The notes below the pieces were generated by a model, which searched no databases, had not been told where the DNA came from, and saw only the letters and a program-made list of their open reading frames with translations. The position numbers were made by a program, and so were the translations under genes. A stretch of DNA of 64,000 nt, taken from positions 843,894-907,893 of the forward strand of contig NW_004797337.1 of the NCBI RefSeq assembly GCF_000002075.1, read 5' to 3'. Shown in pieces: positions 50,801-60,400 of the stretch (position 1 is its first letter; every line of letters starts with the position of its first letter). The DNA is from Aplysia californica. Taxonomy: Eukaryota.

Positions 50801-53800
50801 CAGAAGGCAGAGTCACTTACATGGACAACAAAGATGTCTCTGGTAAACTGAGATACAAACGGAATGGTGCTCGTATTGTTGCCGAACTCAAGACGCCCGT
50901 CACTGGTTACGAGCTGACCAGATTCGAGTACAAAGAGAACAACAACCAGCGAAAGGCTTTCTCTGAGGGCTCTCTCTTGTATGGAGACAACCAGGTACTC
51001 CAAAGTACTGTCAAGATTGTCTATCCTCCAAACCCAGAAATGATGGTCACTCTCAAGACGCCGATCAGAAACTATGAGGACATATCTGTGTCCTACTCGT
51101 TGGACACAAAAGGACCTCAGTACAAACTGGAGAGCAATGCCAACATGGGTAACGGTCGTAGCGTCACTTTGAACGGTGGTTGTGACTCTTCTGACGACAT
51201 CTCGGCTTACGCAACCCTGAACACACCAGTCTCTGGCTACAGGAACCTCGGGGTGGATTTCCACCACTCTGGAAACGACCAGAAGTTTACAACCCAGGGA
51301 AAGATCACTTACGCTGACAACAAAGACATCAGTGGAAAGGTTAATTTCTACCGGTACATGTGGCGTCGTGTGACTGCTTCGGCGGAACTGAGTGCTCCTT
51401 TCTCTGGCCTGGAAAACACCAAAGGTGAGGTGAACTTTGAGGACAGATCCACCAGTATGAGCGCGTCGTCATCTTTGCAATACGGAAGTGACCAGAAGCT
51501 TGACGGCAGTGTCAAACTGACCTACTCTCCAAACTACGACTTGCTCGTGACGATCAACACTCCTTTTGATGATCTCAGGAACGTTCGCGCCGTGGCTACC
51601 GCCGACCTCAATGCCCCAAGCTACATGGTGACCAGCGGCCTCGTATACGGCTACAACAAAGCCTACTCTGCCAACGGAAAACTGAACCTGTTCTCTGCCC
51701 AAAGGCTTGACGCTTCCCTGGAGGTACAGACGCCTATTACAGGTCTCGAGAGGACCAAAGTCGAGTATAACCACAATGTCGACTCCTCCAGCATTCAAGG
51801 CTCCACCTCTTTGGCCTATGAGAACGGACGCAAGACGATCAGTGCTGAGCTTCAGTCCAGCATCTACCCATCTCTGGACGCCAGCGTCACAGTGAAAACT
51901 CCCGTCTATGGGTACAGCAGCGTGCAGGGGGCACTGACCTACGACAGCTCTTACAACAAGTACGAGGCTTCCAGCTCTCTCAAGGTCGAAGGTCGCAGCC
52001 TGTACACCATGAACTCCGGTCTTGATTACTCCGTGGAACCCATTAGAGTCTTTGCCAAGATCTCCACCCCACACACCGACTTCCGCAACGTGGAACTTGT
52101 CTTGACGCACGAGGGTCAGTTCGACAACTTCAAGTGTACCGGATTCCTGGCCTCTCCACTCACGGACAACGTCAACGCCCAGGCGTCCCTGGACTACAAG
52201 AGTCCATACGACATGAGCCTGAGCACATCCGTGAAGAGCTCGCTGGCCGGCATGGACGACCTCAAGTTTGAGCTAAAGAATTCTGACATCGCCGGGGAGA
52301 AGAAGATGAGCGCTGTTGCTGGATGGACCGACGGTCAACAGGTAAATTGTTTCTTCGTATTCAAGCTTCTCAACTCTGTTTTTTTTTGGTGACTTACTCT
52401 TATCCTTTTTGAGACAAAATAGATCACATTTTGTTGATATGGAATAACGGTTTTATATAACAGTAACAAACGAATTTCAGCTAGGGGATTGAGTAACCAA
52501 ACAGATGAAAAATTATTCTACTTCCTCCCGCCTACTTGGAGGTGTTTTATTAGCGTTGAGGACATTGTCGTGTTCTGACTACTTTTGCAATAGAACTTAT
52601 ATAGAATTCANNNNNNNNNNNNNNNNNNNNNNNNNNNNNNNNNNNNNNNNNNNNNNNNNNNNNNNNNNNNNNNNNNNNNNNNNNNNNNNNNNNNNNNNNN
52701 NNNNNNNNNNNNNNNNNNNNNNNNNNNNNNNNNNNNNNNNNNNNNNNNNNNNNNNNNNNNNNNNNNNNNNNNNNNNNNNNNNNNNNNNNNNNNNNNNNNN
52801 NNNNNNNNNNNNNNNNNNNNNNNNNNNNNNNNNNNNNNNNNNNNTCACACAAGCTCTACAACTCTCCACGCAAATGCTCTACAATATGCTCCATCCGCTT
52901 GCAACTATTGTAGCCCCAGAAGAACCTAGAGCACCCAGAGACTTTCGAATGACAAACTAAGTTCAAAACTCCCAACAGGCTCTACCGCTCCCTTCCCCAG
53001 TTGACGCCAGAACACTGGGAAATGTTCTGATGACAAGCTATTCTACCGTTTCCTTCCCCAGGTCCAGACAGACGTCATGTACCGCTCACAGGAGACCTGG
53101 TACGAGGACAAGACTCATGCTGACGTCAGCCTGTCCACTCCGTTCGCCGCCCTGCGCAGCCTGGCTGTACAGACCGAGCAGACGAGAAAGAGTCAAGGCC
53201 GTGAAGGAAAATTGGCAATCGACATGAACGGTGCCCAGCTCCTGGACGTGAGTGGGGAGTACAGCTCCAAGGACAAACACGAGGCTTCCTTGACCTTCAA
53301 CCGGCCATGGCCCATGCAGTACTCAGCAAGCGGCTTCAACACCGAAGGTCACATGGAAGCTGATGTGATGGCCAATTGGAACAGGTAATTCTTGTTTGTT
53401 TGCCTTTTCAGAAGCGTGGTTTAACATCTGGTCTATTTCTATATTGTTTTAGTAAAACAGTTGGGTAATCCTGAACTTTAAGTCAGGAAAGCGTATATAC
53501 AGAAGTCAGAAGTACTCAGGAATAGGCATCATTTTACAAAACACTTGGCAATTAGGCGCCGCTAGCAGAAGATGTGCGTTTAAATCCCCTAAAGGAGACA
53601 ATTTCAATTGAGTATCTCTTCTTTCTGCTGGGACGTTTTACCCCTTCAGCCCAGGTTCACTCTGACAGGCAGGGTCAAAGCCTACCTCCTAAATGGTCTA
53701 CATTATGCTGTTGAGGGCGTAGTAAAAAAAAACTTACTTTTTAAAAAGGTTTTTTTTTTACCCGTTAATTTTTAAAAATTCTATTCACTCACCTGTTTGA

Positions 53801-54446
53801 TGTGTCTGTTCATTCACTTCCCCACAGAGATGACTTGACCAGCAACGTGCACCTGGTGGCTGTGGTCAACGACAAGTCTGACGATTACGTCACCGACAGG
53901 GCTGTGGATATGAGTGTTGAGAGGTCATCTCGCAAAATGGGCGTGTCTCACACCCAGAAGGTGTCCGGCTCCCAGCTGACCAGTACCGGCAAGATGTTCT
54001 GGGACTCTGGCGATGAGGACAAGGTCTCCTACGACCTGACCGTCACCGACAACAGCCGGCGCAACAAAGACGTGACTGAGGGCAGCCTCAAGCTGGGCCT
54101 TCCTTTCAAGACTCTCGAACTCTCTGNNNNNNNNNNNNNNNNNNNNNNNNNNNNNNNNNNNNNNNNNNNNNNNNNNNNNNNNNNNNNNNNNNNNNNNNNN
54201 NNNNNNNNNNNNNNNNNNNNNNNNNNNNNNNNNNNNNNNNNNNNNNNNNNNNNNNNNNNNNNNNNNNNNNNNNNNNNNNNNNNNNNNNNNNNNNNNNNNN
54301 NNNNNNNNNNNNNNNNNNNNNNNNNNNNNNNNNNNNNNNNNNNNNNNNNNNNNNNNNNNNNNNNNNNNNNNNNNNNNNNNNNNNNNNNNNNNNNNTCACA
54401 CAAACGCACCCACACACGCACCCCCCCCCCCCACACACATACATTC

Positions 54447-54479
<33 letters not shown>

Positions 54480-57400
54480 ATATTCTCTCATCTGCCCCCT
54501 CTCTCCTTTTTTTCTCTCTCAAGTCACTTGCTTACGTCTATAGCCTGGGAACAAACTTTGTGTAAGCAGGTGTGCTGGAAAAAAGGAGGTTGGGGGGGGG
54601 GGGTGACACAGTATCGACCTTTCGGGCCAGATGCTGAGAAAGTAGTTAAACACCCATAAACAGAAACTGGGAAAACCCTCACACCGAGAAAGAAAAACTT
54701 TGCATTCGAAGAATCTACTATAGCAACAGAAATTACAGTATCCCTTATACTGATCAATATAACGTTATATTTATCTTTCTCACTTTCAGCGACAGCCCAG
54801 CTGCCAAAACAGCCGACGCCACCTTCAGCTGGGACGCAGAGCGAGACAGCAGCAAACAGGTCGGTGTCAAAGCCACCATGAGGAGAGGGAAATCTCTGCG
54901 TGGTGACATCACTCTCAACATGCCCTCCATCAGAAAGGTGAGCTTTGATCTCTCATACAGTTGTGATTTGGAACATACTTAACACTGACTTTGATAGGTT
55001 TCTTACCATAAGGAAGAGGTGTTGTCCTCCGTTGTTCCCAAATACGTAAAAAGTAAAGCTGTTCCCGCATCCACTCCGGACATTGGGGATTGCCTTGATA
55101 GTGAGACAACTTCCTGGGCCTTCGGCGTTAGGGTGGCAGGTTCCTTTCCACGCCGACTTTACTTCCCCAACTCGAAGTCAGGTACCCATTACTGCTGGGT
55201 GGACTGGAGGGGGAGGGGTGGATTAAAAAAAACACCTGTCCGAACTGAGACTCGAACCCGGACTTTCCGCTTCGGAGACGAGCGCACTAACTGCTCCGCC
55301 ACACTAGCCCCACCTCAAATATATAAACAAAAATAATGAGCAGTACTTATTCCTTTTGATAGTTTTTCACCTTTGACTACCTCATGGTATGGTTGACCGT
55401 TTGGGCACCATTGAAGATTTCGCAACCATTTCCGTGCACATTTCTCCGTTCTCAGCCTTACATAGTAAGATGTTCCAGTCATGGCTAGGTCACTCTTTGA
55501 TGTTGTCTATCCCTCACTTCCTCTCTTTTCTTCTTCGTCTCCCTCCTTGTTAGTTTGCATCTTTTCGCTGAAGTCAGGACGTCTTCATAAAGCTCTAAAG
55601 CATATCATTATTAATGTCATATTAGTGTCTTGGAGCCTTATATCTGTATTTTTAAACCTAGTCCTAAATCCCTCCCACAGGAGATCCGCGTGGACGGTGA
55701 GCTCATGCTCAACAACGGCCGCATCATCCTGGACTCCAAGACCGACATCTCTTACTCCAGCGACGCCAGCAAGACCTTGACCCTGACCTCCAAGGTACAG
55801 GATATCTCTGACTACTACAGCAACTACAACTACAGCGTCGAGCTGGGCCTGAGCCACCCGTATACCAACATTGACCTCAAGATGACCTCTCACCTGGGAA
55901 GTTCTGACGAGCGCATGACCGTTGGCGTGGAGACGAGCTACCTGACCGCCCGCAGACAGACCAAGAACCTGGCGCTACTGGCTGAGATCAACAAACTCAA
56001 GAGACAGATCAGTGTGCAGGTCAGATTCACAAACGTATTTGAACAAGATTTTGAAAATTGCACGATAACTTTTCCCTTTCGTTAATTGAAATTTGTTCCG
56101 AACAGTTGACGTGGTTTAATTGTCTTTGTCATTTTCGCACATATTGCATCTAGTTCAGCTGTACTCGGCAGAGACATGTTTATGGGAACTAACAATCAAA
56201 ATTATAGAGTTAATTGACCATTTCAAAATGAAAGTTGTACACTTGGATACATAATTCGCATCTGGCTAATTAGGAAAAAATAACGTCAAGATAAATAAAA
56301 TGCATTTATCAACGTTGGTCAAGTTGCCCATTTTAATACCATTATTATACTTCTGGAATATTTATATAGGTTCACACCTATGTGAATGAAACTCGTGCAT
56401 TATATTAACGTTACAAACACAATACTAGATTCTTTTATTCCCCACGGAAAGGAGTTTTGCTATATTCAATTACAAGTTTTGCTATATTGAGTTTTTACAT
56501 AACCTGTTTCACCCACAGATGTCCAACCCCATGAACAAGATCGAGATCATGGGTGACGTTGTGAGCACCAGCCCGTCCAAGCTGAGACTTTTGAACAGGA
56601 TTGACGACGCCGAGGTGTTCCGCTCCGAGCTCACAGTAGACAGTGACAAGAAGTCTGCCGAGATCAGCATAGTCATGGACTCTGGTAGGTTGAGGACAAC
56701 ACACTCGATTCTTTGTTTTGTACGGCAATTATTGTCAACGGAATGTTTTGTTTACGAACGTTCGTGATGGAATCGTGTTCTATCAGGGTATTGGGAACAA
56801 GGGCGAACATTTCCGAAATCCAGTAAACGTATCCTGATAACTTCACAGCAATTGTTCCCCAGATGTAAGTATGCATTTACTCTACCCTCAACACAATCTA
56901 GGTTGTTTTACAGGTAGGAACTTTTGAATCAATACTTTTCTTGTGAAGGACCGACCTGGATGGGGTAGGAAAGGGGGGGGGGGGGGAGAAAGGGGGGGGG
57001 GGGGGGGCAAAAACGTTCCAGTACAACGAATGAAATTTGGAAAGTTTCCCTCAGATATTGACTTCCATTATATGCACCAAAAGAGAGACATGGCAATGAA
57101 TTTTGGACTCAGTGAGTGTTTAAGGATGTGTCTTATCATTTTACACCCATGTTTGTGTATGTGTACGCGCGCGCTGTGTGAAAGAACTGTGCCTCACTAC
57201 TTCTCGTTTCCCTCTCACAGAAAAGTTCAGCCTTCACGCCCAATACCCAAACAGCAGCGCTTTCCGCGCCTACGCCAGTCACTGGACACCCGAGGTGAGC
57301 CACCAGGAGGCGCTGCTGGCCCTTCGCCTCAACACGACACGTCTCCTGCACTCCCACCTGCACTGGAGGCCCGCCTTGTGGGCGGAGCTTACTGCCGGAG

Positions 57401-60400
57401 TCGAGGAGAGAGCCGCACGTGCCGGGGTCAAGTCCGCTGAGATGTGGGAGCTGGTCAATGAGGCTGTGGCTGACGAGGTAAGGCCTGCTCATCTTTGTTT
57501 ATATTTAAGTGGGTGTTTTAAGCCCCCATCGAAAGTATTTAGACCGTTTAAATATCCCAGCAGAATGACCGAGATGCTCGATTAAGACCCTAATCACATG
57601 GACGTAAAGCAAACACACGGTTTATATTTTCTACGAAAATACATGCCTCCGCTAAAGACCAAGTCAAAGTATCGATAACACAAAATATAAGACATAAACT
57701 GACAGCTGAAATTGTCTGACCATCCACCTTTTCCGTTTTCAGATCTCTGGCAAGTACAGAGCAGTGTCTAGCTCACTGGACGAAGAACTGACGCCGCTCA
57801 TCGACGCCCTAGAGGGACAGTTTAACAACATGGCCTACAAGATGGCGGACATGTCACGTGAGCTGAGAGCCATGTACCAGCGTAACGACTTCCACGTCCA
57901 GGGCATGGGCGACACCTACATGACCTTGCAGTAAGTCTCACACAATCTTCTCACCCCGTTTAAAGAGGTTAAGTGAAACACATGCTGAACTGCATACTAC
58001 ATATACCTGAAGGCTGTATTGCTTATTAGTGGATCACATTTTTACTAAATTTCAGGCCTATAACAATTGTTAAGCTCCTCGTCGACGCACTATGAGACTG
58101 AAATATGCTCTGACTTTTCATTCAGTGCGCCTTCCAACTGTTGTTTCAAAAGTGTGTCGATAGTGCCGCATAACACTCCCTCCCTCCTTCCCTCCCCCTC
58201 CCTCCCTCCCTTNNNNNNNNNNNNNNNNNNNNNNNNNNNNNNNNNNNNNNNNNNNNNNNNNNNNNNNNNNNNNNNNNNNNNNNNNNNNNNNNNNNNNNNN
58301 NNNNNNNNNNNNNNNNNNNNNNNNNNNNNNNNNNNNNNNNNNNNNNNNNNNNNNNNNNNNNNNNNNNNNNNNNNNNNNNNNNNNNNNNNNNNNNNNNNNN
58401 NNNNNNNNNNNNNNNNNNNNNNNNNNNNNNNNNNNNNNNNNNNNNNNNNNNNNNNNNNNNNNNNNNNNNNNNNNNNNNNNNNNNNNNNNNNNNNNNNNNN
58501 NNNNNNNNNNNNNNNNNNNNNNNNNNNNNNNNNNNNNNNNNNNNNNNNNNNNNNNNNNNNNNNNNNNNNNNNNNNNNNNNNNNNNNNNNNNNNNNNNNNN
58601 NNNNNNNNNNNNNNNNNNNNNNNNNNNNNNNNNNNNNNNNNNNNNNNNNNNNNNNNNNNNNNNNNNNNNNNNNNNNNNNNNNNNNNNNNNNNNNNNNNNN
58701 NNNNNNNNNNNNNNNNNNNNNNNNNNNNNNNNNNNNNNNNNNNNNNNNNNNNNNNNNNNNNNNNNNNNNNNNNNNNNNNNNNNNNNNNNNNNNNNNNNNN
58801 NNNNNNNNNNNNNNNNNNNNNNNNNNNNNNNNNNNNNNNNNNNNNNNNNNNNNNNNNNNNNNNNNNNNNNNNNNNNNNNNNNNNNNNNNNNNNNNNNNNN
58901 NNNNNNNNNNNNNNNNNNNNNNNNNNNNNNNNNNNNNNNNNNNNNNNNNNNNNNNNNNNNNNNNNNNNNNNNNNNNNNNNNNNNNNNNNNNNNNNNNNNN
59001 NNNNNNNNNNNNNNNNNNNNGTTGATGAACATCTGGGGGCTCTCAATATGACCTAGAGGTTAAAGTGTTGGCCTCTCATTCAAAGGTCCCGGGTTCGAAT
59101 CCGGGTAGCGATCGAAAAATTTTCTTCTCTAAAAGTGTCTCCTTTCACCTCCTCTAGCAATGTTTTGTCGTCTGCTTTCGTCTCCTCTTTCTGCCCCCAC
59201 CCTTCACCTCTTTTGCCCCCTCCTCTGGGCTCCTGACTCTTTCTGCAGCCTTTCTACTGCTACTCCTTGGCTCCTTCTTACTTGTCTTTCAGCCACACCC
59301 CTGATTTCTGATAGGAAAGATCTACACCTAGCCTTCTCGGACAAGGGCTTAAAAATCTCGGTGGGCCCATGTGCAAGTTGCGCACGTTAAAGATCCCTTG
59401 GTGGGCTAAAATCGATACGAGTAGACTTCGGCGCCACCCGCGAAAAATTCAAAATTTCCTACCAACTGAAAATGTTTAATATGTCCCGCGCTCATATGAC
59501 TTTATGCAGTTGCGAGCGCCGTAAAACACTTACCAAAAAAAAAGAACATCTTAAACGTCTGCGTTCCTGAACAAGGCTTAAATCTTAATTTTACGCCATC
59601 TGAAAACAATTCAGACTGTTTAAACACTTAACTCACTTAATTTTCTGCGCTGCCAGAATTTTTACTTCTCACCGTGGACAGAATAGGTTTACGTTGATAC
59701 AATAAAATATCAAAAAAGGGGCCTTGTGAATTCAATCAATTATGTTTTTGTGTAACCAAAGTGACATAAGATGTTCTTTATGTCCACACCCAAGCATTGT
59801 TTGAAAAACATCCTTCCTTAAAACCAAATCTCGTCCCCCTCTCCCTTTCACAGACACAGTGCACAACACCAGCTACGTAGACTACATCGCAAACAGATTT
59901 GTAGAGGTCAAGAATGTGGACATTTCACCCTACATCACTTCCATTGAACTGCCAGAAGAATACAGCAACGCCATCTACAGCGCTAGAGACTCCGCAGTGT
60001 CCGGTATGAAGGACTTGTGGGAGCGACCAGAGATCGACATTGTCAGGGGAAATCTTAACAAAGTCTACCAGCAGGTGAGATTTAAGAACAATATCCGTGT
60101 CTTTTACATTTCTATTTTGTTAATATTACGTTGAACTTTAGTGGTTCTGTTACTTTCGGTTTCAAAACTTGAAGAAGAGCATAAGTGTCGATGTTGTATC
60201 TCAGGCCAGAGTTTTGCAAAGACCTGGTTGAATTGCCGATAAGATAGTGCACATACTTTTTTTTATACATTCTCACTCTCAGGAGTGACTTTGACTTTGC
60301 TGGAGAAGATAAAGAGCCCCCACACTAGAAGAGACCAAGTCATAATTACTTTTCTATTTTGCTTTCCACCCAAAATAATCGACTTTCATTTCATTTTTTC

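Noticed and set aside
46576-52110. Multiple 100-235 aa minus-strand ORFs opposite the giant exon
   Set aside because: Expected shadow ORFs from biased codon usage of the sense strand; no motifs
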